Of a stretch of DNA of 64,000 bases, positions 23,426 to 34,500 are shown piece by piece. The notes under the pieces were generated by a model, which was not told where the DNA came from, ran no database searches, and worked only from the letters and a program-made list of their open reading frames with translations. Position numbers and translations under genes: made by a program. Every line of letters begins with the position of its first letter. Position 1 is the first letter of the stretch. Origin of the DNA: Hydrurus foetidus (lineage: Eukaryota); assembly GCA_900617105.1 (NCBI GenBank), contig UYFQ01000083.1, forward strand, positions 1-64,000, read 5' to 3'.

Positions 23426-24634
23426 TTGTTGTATGTCGACATCATAGGGGGCAAGGGAGTGGTGTCGATCCAGAGCCGGCAGGAGCTGTCCCAGTTTATA
23501 GGGAGGTCGGTGTTACCCAACACCAACCGAGCCTACGACAAGTGCTGGGAACAGTGGGCTTCTTTTGTCAAGAGCGAGGTAGATGAGGACGACCCTTTTG
23601 TGAGGAGTGCGGGGGAGGAGGAGAAGGCATCCCTGATAGGGATCATGATGATGAGGAAGCATGGGCAGGGCCTGCGAGGCAAGCAGGCGACTGCTTTCAC
23701 GGCGGCCATTCGTCTGCGCTTCTCGCAGCAAGGTTTCTCGACGGAGTTCCTGAACTCGGCAGTGATCGCAACAGCCAGGGCTGCATGCAAGCCCACGCCG
23801 GAGGAGCTCAGGGAGAAGAAGGTCAGCGGAGTGGCGGCTAGCGTGAAGTTGCCGATCTGCGAGGGTATCCTGGTTGACATGAAGGCGAGGATGTGGACGG
23901 GACGCGGGTGGACAGGTGACGACATGCGAAACCGTATGACCTATATCGGTTGCATGTGGGCGTTCGAGATGGGAGCGCGGGTGTCGGAGTACACCACCCC
24001 CGAGCCGGGAGGAACCGACCACTGCATTCGCGTGGACGATTTGACCTTTATCGTTGTTTCCCCCAGCGGCACCAGGAGCATTTACGGTAGTCAACTTGCC
24101 GGTTTCAGACCGGCGGTCAGCGGCGCGGGCAGGCCCTACGTTTTGGAATGCAGGGCTACAGCGGTGACCTCTAAGGGGAAGACACTGGTCAAGCCGAAGA
24201 TTGTCGGTCGCCGGTCGCCGGAGGAGAGTTGCTTCTTGGACGATCTAATGGATTTCATAGTGCGCAGTGGAAGCACGGGCAAAGATGAACTGTTCACCTT
24301 CCGCGATGGAGAGAGCAAGAGGGGGACGCTGCGGTCCAGGACTGTTAGGGACGCACTCAAGGAGACATGTGAGATGAATGATCTCGACCCCGATTATTTT
24401 AGCTCGCACTCTCTAAGGAAGGGGGCCATCACGGAGATGCGTTCGTTAGGTGCTTCGGAGGACGACCGGAGGGACAGGGGGAATTACGCGCCCAATTCGC
24501 AAGTGATGAACATCACGTACGACTACGGCGCGGGAATCGGCCCGCTAGCCTCTAACGGTTTGATCGGCGGGCACAAGCCGACGATCGAAGATGTGAAGAG
24601 ACTGATACCTCCAGCGAGGAGACGTGAGGGATAA
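23426..24634 (+). CDS. Tyrosine recombinase of the YR retroelement (start uncertain)
   Basis: GARVSEY (catalytic R), SHSLRKGA (HxxR), RGNY...ITY (catalytic Y). Confidence 0.93.
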   Translation: MLYVDIIGGKGVVSIQSRQELSQFIGRSVLPNTNRAYDKCWEQWASFVKSEVDEDDPFVRSAGEEEKASLIGIMMMRKHGQGLRGKQATAFTAAIRLRFSQQGFSTEFLNSAVIATARAACKPTPEELREKKVSGVAASVKLPICEGILVDMKARMWTGRGWTGDDMRNRMTYIGCMWAFEMGARVSEYTTPEPGGTDHCIRVDDLTFIVVSPSGTRSIYGSQLAGFRPAVSGAGRPYVLECRATAVTSKGKTLVKPKIVGRRSPEESCFLDDLMDFIVRSGSTGKDELFTFRDGESKRGTLRSRTVRDALKETCEMNDLDPDYFSSHSLRKGAITEMRSLGASEDDRRDRGNYAPNSQVMNITYDYGAGIGPLASNGLIGGHKPTIEDVKRLIPPARRREG

Positions 24635-24688
24635 GGTGTGGACGTACCGAGGAGTCCTAACCGGGTCAGAGCCTTGGTGTGGTGTTGG

Positions 24689-24943
24689 GTGAAGGGAACT
24701 CTGACCCAAGGTCCGCCCCAGTACCCGCGCTTGGTTCGGAAGTCCGAACAGTAGGGGAGGGCGGACGGGTGAGTTTAAGGGCGCGAGCGCAGCCACTTTG
24801 TAAGATAACACTACATCCCTTTTCCATCGCGTATTAGTAGAACTGCTTACCCTAGGCGCAATAGAAGCCGCAGAGAGGAATGGCAAGAGAACATTCGGGG
24901 ACCATTTCCCCTAAAGGGACCCAACTCAGATAGCAGAATAGAA
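24689..24943 (+). repeat. Split direct repeat B1
   Basis: Matches 25358-25613 with one 1-bp indel and one substitution seen. Confidence 0.95.
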
Positions 24944-25274
24944 TCAAAGGATACCGTACGGTAGTATGGGTTCTCTGGAGCGGCTAGGAGCAAGGGCCGC
25001 TGACCGCTGTCGGCCCCTGGAGGGACGGCTGCGGAGGGGAAGAGGTCGGGGGGACGGGACCAGGGGCGATGACGATGACCGCGTTGGATTGACGCGCAGC
25101 GGAGAAGAGTTCCCCATGCTGCTGTTACGTCATGGATCTTTTTCGAATTATTATTTAGTATATTTTCAAATTATTATTTAGCACGCCCGTTGGTTGTCGA
25201 CAAGCTTGATTGAGAGCGTCGTCTCACAACATTTTGATTAGCTTTAGCCTTCTTAGTCTAACGCATTTTTGTCA
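24944..25274 (+). repeat. Split direct repeat A2
   Basis: Copy of 18602-18932 that directly abuts B1. Confidence 0.95.
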
Positions 25275-25357
25275 CCCCGTGGCCAACCAATCCTACGTTT
25301 TTATAGTAACAGTATAAGGTGTTGTGGAATGTTATCTGACCACTTGCGTGCCAGTTA

Positions 25358-25613
25358 GTGAAGGGAACTCTGACCCAAGGTCCGCCCCCAGTACCCGCGC
25401 TTGGTTCGGAAGTCCGAACAGTAGGGGAGGGCGAACGGGTGAGTTTAAGGGCGCGAGCGCAGCCACTTTGTAAGATAACACTACATCCCTTTTCCATCGC
25501 GTATTAGTAGAACTGCTTACCCTAGGCGCAATAGAAGCCGCAGAGAGGAATGGCAAGAGAACATTCGGGGACCATTTCCCCTAAAGGGACCCAACTCAGA
25601 TAGCAGAATAGAA
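25358..25613 (+). repeat. Split direct repeat B2 (right terminus)
   Basis: Copy of 24689-24943. Confidence 0.95.
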
Positions 25614-25670
25614 CGTAGACGACGTTTCTCAACTCGAAGTTCGAAGTTCGGACATGGTTCCGCTTTCGCG

Positions 25671-26158
25671 GGGATCCGGATGGATTGCGACTCAACCTGA
25701 ATAGACCGGTGACCCAAGGCTCGTGAAATAGACTGTATTATGTAAGGCTACAATTCACGGGAACGCTAAAAAGTTTCCCATATAATTTTTTGCCATAAAA
25801 TATGCGGGAAAAGGAAAATTTTCCCATAAAAAGGGGTAGTTTAGGGTAAATTTCGAACCTTACCATAAAATAATTATATGGGAAAACTTTTCAGCGTTCC
25901 CGTGAATTGTGGCCTAATCACTTGATAATTAAACTTGTGCACCGGCATCATTCAAGACGGCAACGAAGCTTTTACATCATCAAGACAATTGCACATGACT
26001 GTCCCTTGTTGAAGCTATCTGAATGGGTGGCTCTACAAGCCCACACATCTAACGGGCTTTGGCCACTACCCAACCGGGTGGACGCCGCTGACCGTCAAGT
26101 TCCATGCATATACGGTACTATACAACTACTACAGTGTCTTTTCCCGGATACTCCAACA
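25671..26158 (-). repeat. Copia 3' LTR, interrupted by a MITE and missing its terminal 4 bp
   Basis: After removing the MITE and one TAA, 316 bp match 31105-31420 with two substitutions seen. Confidence 0.92.
25746..25914. mobile_element. Tourist/Harbinger-type MITE (169 bp) in the Copia 3' LTR
   Basis: TIRs GGCTACAATTCACGGGAACGCT / AGCGTTCCCGTGAATTGTGGCC; TAA TSD. The empty site (TGTAATCAC) is visible in the other LTR. Confidence 0.95.
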
Positions 26159-26312
26159 CACCCAACAGGCATGCAGTAGTTGAGCACCCAGGCACGCAGT
26201 GGATTTTCATGTCAGCAATATGTCAGCAATAAAATAAATACGAATTGATTTGCATGCATTATGGTCTAATCTAAAGTATTCTTCGTGGTGCACTCTTTCC
26301 TCGTTCGCGCTC

Positions 26313-29300
26313 TCATTTCTTTAGTGTCTCCTCGGACCATCCAGTAAGGCCATCTCTCTCTCGCAAAAACTGGGACCCCTGCAGTGGCTTCGTCAGTACG
26401 TTCGCGTACATGTCCTCGGTGCGCAGGTACTCCACTCTCACCTCTCCAACGTCCACCCTCTCCTTTAACCAGAAGTACCTGATCTGGATGTGTCGGGTCC
26501 GCTCCGCGCCCGACCTCCCACGTTCTACCAGTACCATGCAAGACTGGTTGTCTTGGTAGATGGTCAGTGGACCCATCTTGTATCCCTGTGCGATGAGGAA
26601 ACTCCTGATATGGATCCCCTGGTTGGCCGAGTCGGAAAGCGCGACCAGCTCCGCCTCCGTGCTTGGCTTGGTCACGATCAGCTGCTTCGAAGACCTGCAG
26701 TGCACTGCACCCACATCACCGATGATGACGCAGCTCCCTGTGTGTGACCGTCCGTCGCTGTGAACCCCATAGGACGCGTCCACAAAAAGTCTCACTGTGA
26801 CTCCTCCCGCTCCAGGCTTCAGCACCACGCCGCTGTCCCTTGTCGCGTGAATGTACCTCACAAGGCGCTGGAGCTTCTCTACGTCGTCTCCAGTGCATTT
26901 GTTGACCCGGGTGGCTAGGTAAGCCACCGCCACTAAGCACTCTGGCTTCGTGCGTTTCGCCAGGTACAGCACCATCGCCACCACTTTGTGGAACCACACT
27001 CGCACTGGCTCGCTCACTGCCTCTGCACCGTCGCGTGTCTCGAGCAATCCGTCAGTCGCGGGTGACCTTGCGCTTCCCTGCACTCCTGATATCTTCACTA
27101 TCTCATCAGTGTATCCGCTCGTGGTGACCCTCGCCTGTCCTGGTACAGTCATATCGATTGCCATGCCAAGGTAGTTTATGATAGGACCATGTGATAAGGT
27201 AATTGCTCCGTACCTCTTGCGCAGCCCATTGGCTAGTTGATCCACAGTGTCTTTACTCTTGCTCATGATTAGCAAGTCATCGACATGCACTGCTACAGTG
27301 CACTGATGCCCGTCCGGACCCACCCGGTTGAACACGCATCTGTCGCAGACGTTTCTCACGTACCCCAGTCCCGCCAATGTTGTATGCAGGTTCTCGTACC
27401 ACAACCCCGAGCTCTCCACACATCCGTACAGTGCCTTTTTTAGGTGCACTATCACCCCACCCCTCGCATCGATGTACTTCTCGTATCTGGGATCGATGTC
27501 GGTGAGGATCCCGGTCATCGTCTTATCCAACCGCATATGCACCGGCACCCCCCGTGTCATATCTGCGTTCAAGTATGCTCCGCTGATGTCCACTACCGCT
27601 ACGTGACGCTTCTCATGGGCCGCTACAGCTATCAGGGTGAACACCGCACTGGTGGAAACGGTTGGCGACGAGAGGTCTTCGTACAAGCCCTTGTCCTGTT
27701 GGTCTCCTCCAGCGACTAGCCGCGCTTTTAGTTTCAGGAAGCTCCCATCTGGATTGTTCTTCCTCTTCAAGAACATTGATGACCTGATTGTCGCTGACCT
27801 CTGCATAGATGTCAACTTGCTCCCCATTATCGGCACCCATACTCTCTTGTCGATCATCTCCTGTAACTCTGACACGATGACCTTTCTCGCGTCGTCGCCC
27901 CTAGTGCGGAAGGCCTCCTTCACGCTAATGTTCGCTGTATCACCCTTGCTCATTTCTATCCCGTGGCGCTTCAATACTTCCTCCACGCTGTGAGTCGAGA
28001 AAGTCGCGGCAGCTGGTCCGACTACGCCGCGAGTCCCCGTTATGAATGCTCCTTCACCCGTGCGGAAGAACTCGATCACCCTGCGCGCAGGTAGCTCTGC
28101 TGCTGTTGGCTGTTCGCTCTGTACCGCAGGTGGTACTGCTGGTTGCACGTCGTCTTCCAGTGTGAGTAGATCCTCAAGTGACGGTACGGGTGGGGGTACG
28201 TCGATAGTGGAGTGTGTTGAGGGGGGTTGCGTGCCGATCGACTCGAGTTCCACAATTTGAATTTCTCCAGCAGGTAATGCGCCAGTGTGTGCCTCCCCCC
28301 CCACATCAGAATGTGGAACCTCGAAGACGCTGTCCGCCGCGGGTAGGTCTGTGAGTGTTGGGTTTTGCTGCGCAGTTGTCGGATTCCCCCCCGCTGTGCG
28401 TGCGACAATTGCATCCTGAGTGGGGGGGTTGGTAATAAAGTGCGGCATGTTAGATTTGTCGAGACTGTTTCCAAAAAGCATTTCGTCAAAAACATGCACT
28501 TTGGTTTGAATTATTTTCTTCCCTTCTCTGACTGCCATGGCATTCAGTGTCTGGATGACCGACTGAGGCATCGGCAGTATCTTGAATTGGTCCCTTGTAA
28601 TGATCTTGCCAGTCGTTAGGGATAGCATCTTGAAGGATCCAGTCCTGTTGTGCGTTGGCAACATTACGATACAATCTTCAGTTCGAGATGACATAGTGTT
28701 GTCTGTCTTAGGAACTGTACAAACGGCGTAGTCTCCGAATGCAGCGCGGAAGTCCAGGGTCCCGTCAACCCGCCTTCCAGAAAATAGTTCCCGCGGTGAG
28801 AGTCCCCCCGGCCTTGAGCCTGACTGCTGACAGTTGATACGTGAGACACAGTAGAGTACTAAGTAGGTATTGCATAGATCGTTCAACGTGAACGGAAGTC
28901 TACCGCAGATGTGAGCACGTGCTCTCTCCTTCACCATCTGAATCCTTCTCTCGATTCGGGCAACATGTCCGCCTGCGGCGCTCACATCTACCTCAATTCC
29001 CAGTGCCATAAGATCAAGCCTCATTTTGCCGATTGCACCCTCACCGTCGGACATGATGAGATGCACCAAGAAGTTCCTAGATCTGAGGATGGATATCATC
29101 TCTTCTAGGGCCGGCTTCACAATTGCAGCAGCACGCGTGGTCTTGCCGGTATCGAGTCGAATAAGGCTCACAGCGAGCGTCATGTCTAGAGGGGTAGAAA
29201 CAGCTATAAGTATTGCTGTGTTGTCCAGGAACATGATGTCCACACTTAGAACTTGCTGCTGCTGCGCTGACGCAGGTGTCAGTGCAATGTCAGCTACTGG

Positions 29301-29700
29301 CGATGATTTCTTGTGAGTTCGACCACGGAGGCTGGCAAGGCATTTCCCCCAGATGGTGTGAGCGTTCCGAAAATCTGCTTCGGACACGCTGAAGTTGTTT
29401 CCCCCACGGATCATTGCAATGGCCATCTCTACTGGAGGGTATCCCATCCGTGCTAACAACTCTCTAGCAGCTGCCGCCGATGCCACTTCACGTTTGGTGA
29501 ACTTTGCCATGTTGTCCCCCACAGTAGCAACCATCGCTTGCTCGACTGATGTACGCTCTCGTGTCGTGTTGCCCATGTTGCATACGTAGAATCTGCTGCT
29601 TGCACCAGGTAGGTTCTGCCTGCTGAAACTGTATATCGTTTGGCTCCCTGCTGGTTGGAGGGTGAACCTCCCTGCCTCGTGGTCATATCGTATGTCCGCA
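26313..29700 (-). CDS. Copia pol (integrase-RT-RNase H), separated from gag-PR by a frameshift
   Basis: 1087-aa ORF. Its frame extends upstream as ADIRYDHEAGRFTLQP to about 29700, where it meets the gag frame. Confidence 0.9.
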
Positions 29701-31075
29701 TCGCTGCGAACGAGAGGATGTTGGCTGTGGCTCCATGGCTGAAGTAGACTGGTCCTATATCTCCGAAGTCTCCTTCTAAGTCGACTTTTACTCCTTTAGC
29801 TTCAAGCTGCACACCGTTGAGGATGATTCTACGTTGCGATTTCCGAATGCTCGTGAGCAGCTGCGCGTTGCAGAACACGTTCACGGAGGCTTGGTTGTCT
29901 AGGAGGACGTGACTCCTCGTGAACAACGCAACCTCATCCGTCGTGAAGAAAGCTGCCTCGATGCTCTCGTCATCGTCTTCTGTGTCTTCTCCCGCCTGTG
30001 CGAGCAGTACTTGCTCCCCGACTTTGCGAGATTCACAATCTCGAGCGTAGTGGCCTGTCTCGCCGCATACGAAACAGGTCACTGACGATGATTTCTTCTT
30101 TGTCGGTACAGTCTTGACCCTAGCTTTCTTCGAGGGGACTTTTTCCTTCGCCGGCATCGCCGCATCTGTGAAGACCGCGGAATGTTGTTCGCCACCAAGG
30201 GGGACTCCACCGTTCGCGTTAGTCCAAGAAGACGCAACCCTGTAGGCTCCGGCTAAGGTGGAAGGGTAACTGTTCGGCATGTTTTGTACAGCACTGTTAC
30301 GCATAACGGTCAACATACCAGTGTACCTTTTTGGATCCAACTTACTGAGAAAGTCGATCGCTCTGATCGACTCCTCTACGTCGATCATGCCTACTCCTCT
30401 GTTAGCTAATACCTGATTATCAAATCTGGTCTTGAACTCGCTGATGACTTCACGGTCACCCTGCCTTAGGTAGTTGTACCTTAGTGTCTGTTCGTGGATG
30501 TTTACTGCTCTCATCGAGTCATCCTCCCCATAGACGTGCGTTAGGTGGCTCCTGCGGATGTACTCCCACAGTTTGACACTGTCGAGTGTGAGGCGGCAAG
30601 TTTCAAATCCTGGCTCCTCGCGAACTTTGGATTTTGAACTGGTCGACATTCTGGACCACATGAGTGGCCAGAGCTTCTGCTCGTTGACTTTCTGAAGTTC
30701 AACTGCCTTACGACGTCCCTCGAATGCGTTAGCACGAAGCCTGTCTATGAGTGCCTCCGAGTGCACTACGGGGGGCGTGACGGGTAGGGCTGGACCGATC
30801 ATTACCTCGTCATCTTCAAGGTCTTCGGATCCTTCATCCTCCACGTCTTCATTTTCGATACCCACCGTCGGAATGGTGGGGTTGAAGTCCTCCTCTTGAG
30901 GATATGGGTGGACATAGCTTTTGTTGGTGCTGAAGAACATGCCCGTCATGCCGTAGAGGCCGCACGCTTCGTCCTGCATTTCCTCCCTCCATTGCACCAC
31001 GTTGTTGTGCCGTTCAAACTTCAGCATGCACGGCTCTGCAACTGCTTTTGGTTCTTCTTGTTTCTTCGGCGGCAT
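29453..31075 (-). CDS. Copia gag-protease
   Basis: LRQGDRE gag motif, CCHC knuckle, LLDNQASVNVFCN protease; out of frame after NILSFAAM. Confidence 0.9.
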   Translation of the reverse strand: MPPKKQEEPKAVAEPCMLKFERHNNVVQWREEMQDEACGLYGMTGMFFSTNKSYVHPYPQEEDFNPTIPTVGIENEDVEDEGSEDLEDDEVMIGPALPVTPPVVHSEALIDRLRANAFEGRRKAVELQKVNEQKLWPLMWSRMSTSSKSKVREEPGFETCRLTLDSVKLWEYIRRSHLTHVYGEDDSMRAVNIHEQTLRYNYLRQGDREVISEFKTRFDNQVLANRGVGMIDVEESIRAIDFLSKLDPKRYTGMLTVMRNSAVQNMPNSYPSTLAGAYRVASSWTNANGGVPLGGEQHSAVFTDAAMPAKEKVPSKKARVKTVPTKKKSSSVTCFVCGETGHYARDCESRKVGEQVLLAQAGEDTEDDDESIEAAFFTTDEVALFTRSHVLLDNQASVNVFCNAQLLTSIRKSQRRIILNGVQLEAKGVKVDLEGDFGDIGPVYFSHGATANILSFAAMRTYDMTTRQGGSPSNQQGAKRYTVSAGRTYLVQAADSTYATWATRHESVHQSSKRWLLLWGTTWQSSPNVKWHRRQLLESC

Positions 31076-31100
31076 CTCGATGCGCTGATTAGTTTAATCA

Positions 31101-31420
31101 TGTTGGGATCCGGATGGATTGCGACTCAACCTGAATAGACCGGTGACCCAAGGCTCGTGAAATAGACTGTATTGTGTAATCACTTGATAATTAAACTTGT
31201 GCACCGGCATCATTCAAGACGGCAACGAAGCTTTTACATCATCAAGACAATTGCACATGACTGTCCCTTGTTGAAGCTATCTGAATGGGTGGCTCTACAA
31301 GCCCACACATCTAACGGGCTTTGGCCACTACCCAACCGGGTGGACGCCGCTGACCGTCAGGTTCCATGCATATACGGTACTATACAACTACTACAGTGTC
31401 TTTTCCCGGATACTCCAACA
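31101..31420 (-). repeat. Copia 5' LTR (320 bp)
   Basis: TGTTGG...CCAACA inverted termini; matches the 3' LTR. Confidence 0.95.
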
Positions 31421-31580
31421 TACAGCAGGTTTGAAAACGTATCCGGAATTTTGTTCCGAAACAGTAAATTAGCTGCATCAATAATGAGGTCACAAAATTT
31501 AGGCATGCATGACAACTTAGCAACTGCGCTCTGTACTCTGTAAGCATATAAATTTCACTTTAGTATAACATCTTTCAGCT

Positions 31581-34500
31581 ATGTCGTCTGCTGTTGACCA
31601 AGCTGATTGTGGTAGTGATCATAAGGATTTTTCTGTCGGGCCCAAAGTTGAACGGTTTTACTTGGCTTATCGCAATGCAGAAGACAACATTCATGAAGTG
31701 ATGGAGTCAGTGTCGGAGCTTGAGCATCATACTCCTGTGACCAGCCTAGGAGAACCACCGGACGTCGTTTCAGAAATTATCGCCGACTGCCAAAAGAAGA
31801 CAGCGCAGATTATCAGGGCTCCGTACACCGACAACGTTAGAGTCGTCATCACAACTATCAGAAAGAAGTTGGTATCAAAAGTATCGTTGGACGCTGATTC
31901 TTCTGGTCAGCACGGCCAGCGACATCTCAACTCGCTTCTGGAGTTACTAGGAACTTGGAGTAACATGATCGATCGCATAAGGTCTTCTCACTGGGGCATT
32001 TCTGTGACAGTTTTTCGTCTGGCAGTATCTCAGTTACATGAAAGAGTTGTAGAAATGGCTCTTGAATGCTTCCTCAAATTCAGAGAAGATAAACAACTTG
32101 ATGGATGGCATGTCAGAGTGATGGAGGCTTCGTCAAAGGAAGGAATTGGTGCTGGGAACTTCAGCATAATAGCATTGGACTTTCTGCTTTCTCAGATGTC
32201 GGCGATGAGAGAAATTGTTCAGCAGTATTACAAATTCGTGGAGAAAACCTTCCTTTCAATTGTCATAGAAGCTGATTGCATATCTGCAGCTTTTTCTCCG
32301 ACAGCGAATATGGGGAATATCAATGGAGACAGAAGTGGCGAGGCTGTCGTGGATGTAAGGAGTATTAGTGAACATTTGAATCATACCATACATTCAAGCT
32401 GCTTGCACTCACTGCTCATTAAGTCACTCTTCTCTTCGCGTGATTGCGGTGATGATTAATCACCGTCATTACGTTACATGGGTCTCTAATATGTTAGATT
32501 GAAGCAGCGGTGGAAAGCTGTATGGATAGAATGATACAAGCATCAGAAAAAAATAAATGGAGAGAATTAGATGCAGTTTACATTGCGCTGGAGTTCGGAT
32601 ATCTCTCAAATGCTATCAAAGAAGCTCTAGCGGAACCTGGGTTGTTAGAGGTAGAGAAAGGGGTGTTCGTACCCCAGGCGGTAGAAGATGTTTTCTTCCT
32701 TTTGCAGGTACGTTCTCTCTACTTAAATAAAATCGGGAAAATTTGTAAAAAGACTTTTGGCTCTCCCTTTTGATGACATAATTGTGAAACTATTGGAAAG
32801 TATGTACAAATTCAAACAGCAAAATTACAAAATGAATTAGAACTATCCCTGGACTGCGTACACGTAAATATAATTAGCCTATCAGTTGGTGACACTGTGT
32901 CATCATACATTTTCGTATTCTATGCTGTCGTATTTGATACTATCTTATATGATGCTATCTTATTTAATAATATCTTGTTTGATAATATCTCATTTAATAA
33001 TATCTTATTTGATACTATCTTGTTTGATAATATCTTATTTGATAATATCTTATCTAGTAATAAATTATTTAATACTGAATCACATCTTAACTGTCAGAGG
33101 TTGATTGGTTCTATGAAGTGTCATGCAGATCACTGAATTGTGTTCAATGTATTGCACATGTTGTTAGAGACCCTAGACAGTACGTGAGACTATATACTTG
33201 TCTATTTATACATGACTGATGATTTGGCAGTCTATCAATTCACATGAGTAGGAGACATCGCGATGTGATGTGAATGAGATAGAATGGCAGTATGATGATA
33301 GCGACTCATTTTGATGGGGAAAAACTGCATTTTTTGTATGATCAGATATTGCTGACCGCACACTGAACCCTGATATTAAAGGTCGTGTTGAACGTCTTCC
33401 TGCATGTATGATGCGTGTCCACACATGCGCCAGTAGCCACACGGACACAATACTATTGCATGTATACGGTAGATAAACCAAACTTACATGTGTGCTATAC
33501 ACTCACATGTACAGTTCGTACGTGCATTTTACAAATATACTGCACACCCATAAATGTACCTTGTACATACGTTACACCTAACACTCGCGCGTACACCTTG
33601 TACTTACACATACACCACACACACACAGCGAGTTGTGGAACGCGCGTTGGCAACTGGGAATGAAGCATCCGCATTTTCTGTGGGAAATTATATCATAGAG
33701 ATCCTGGACTCAAATCAGGAATCTAAGATTTACAATCTTTTATCACTGAGACGTACGTACCGCGGATGTATAGCAAATATGCAGATTAATGTGGAGAGTA
33801 AGGGCAGACAAGAGAACAGCACACACCGCTCATCGGGCAAAGCAGCACCATTAAGCGGTGGTAGAAACGGTTCTGCTCACAGCGAGAATCATTCTACATC
33901 TTCAATATCTCATTCTTCGAGTACGTCACTGATTAGCGGCATGAAAGTAGCCGCATCATTCAGTGGAGTAAATCACTGGTTAATGGCACTAGCTGACCCC
34001 TCTCTCACATCTACGAGTGACACGACAGACGGACACACCACATCAGATGGTATGAGTGTAAGTACAAGTACACCGGCTAATTTAACCGGATCTAACGGGA
34101 AAAATTTACCGGGCACTTTGGAGTCCCTTCTACTTAGTGCGTTAGATTTGGATCCCACACAGGATGAAAATCGGATAGATGAGAATACCCCTTTGGGGCT
34201 AAGAGATGTGGGGGTGCATCTAACCACCCTCGCCCTTGCGCCTTCAGCGATGAAAATATTAAGTCAGCTATTTTGTCCACCTACGGATCCTGGACTTGAT
34301 CCCGAGAGTTTATCCGGTACTACGAAAGAAGGAAGTGGTAATAATGGTGGAAATGATAGAAGTAATAATGATAATGGTAATAATGATGATGGGAATGATG
34401 GTGGTGGTGGGAGTTCAAGTGGGTGTGGGATGAAGAACCGGGCGGTGAAGAAGAGCCCCTTGAATCTCATTGCAGAGGTAAAGATGACAAGAGTGATGCA

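Larger units (their letters stand above)
18602..25613 (+). mobile_element. Ngaro/PAT-like (DIRS order) tyrosine-recombinase retrotransposon, apparently full length
   Basis: Split direct repeats A1-ORF1-RT/RH-YR-B1-A2-B2; three uninterrupted ORFs. No methyltransferase domain after RNase H, which favours Ngaro. Confidence 0.93.
25671..31420 (-). mobile_element. Ty1/Copia LTR retrotransposon (CoDi-like), recent, frameshifted
   Basis: Two near-identical LTRs; gag (CFVCGETGHYARDC), PR (LLDNQAS), INT (VDIMF, SDGEG, ERRIQ), RT (KARLVAGG, DISGAYL, KALYG, HVDD), RH (FVDAS, STEAE, DNQS). INT precedes RT, as in Copia. Confidence 0.95.

Noticed and set aside
25907..26179. Near-identical ORFs at 25907 and 31172
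   Set aside because: Antisense translations of the Copia LTRs.
32886..33136. Repetitive ORFs and CRISPR-like periodicity
   Set aside because: 15-bp minisatellite with no unique spacers, in a eukaryotic intron.
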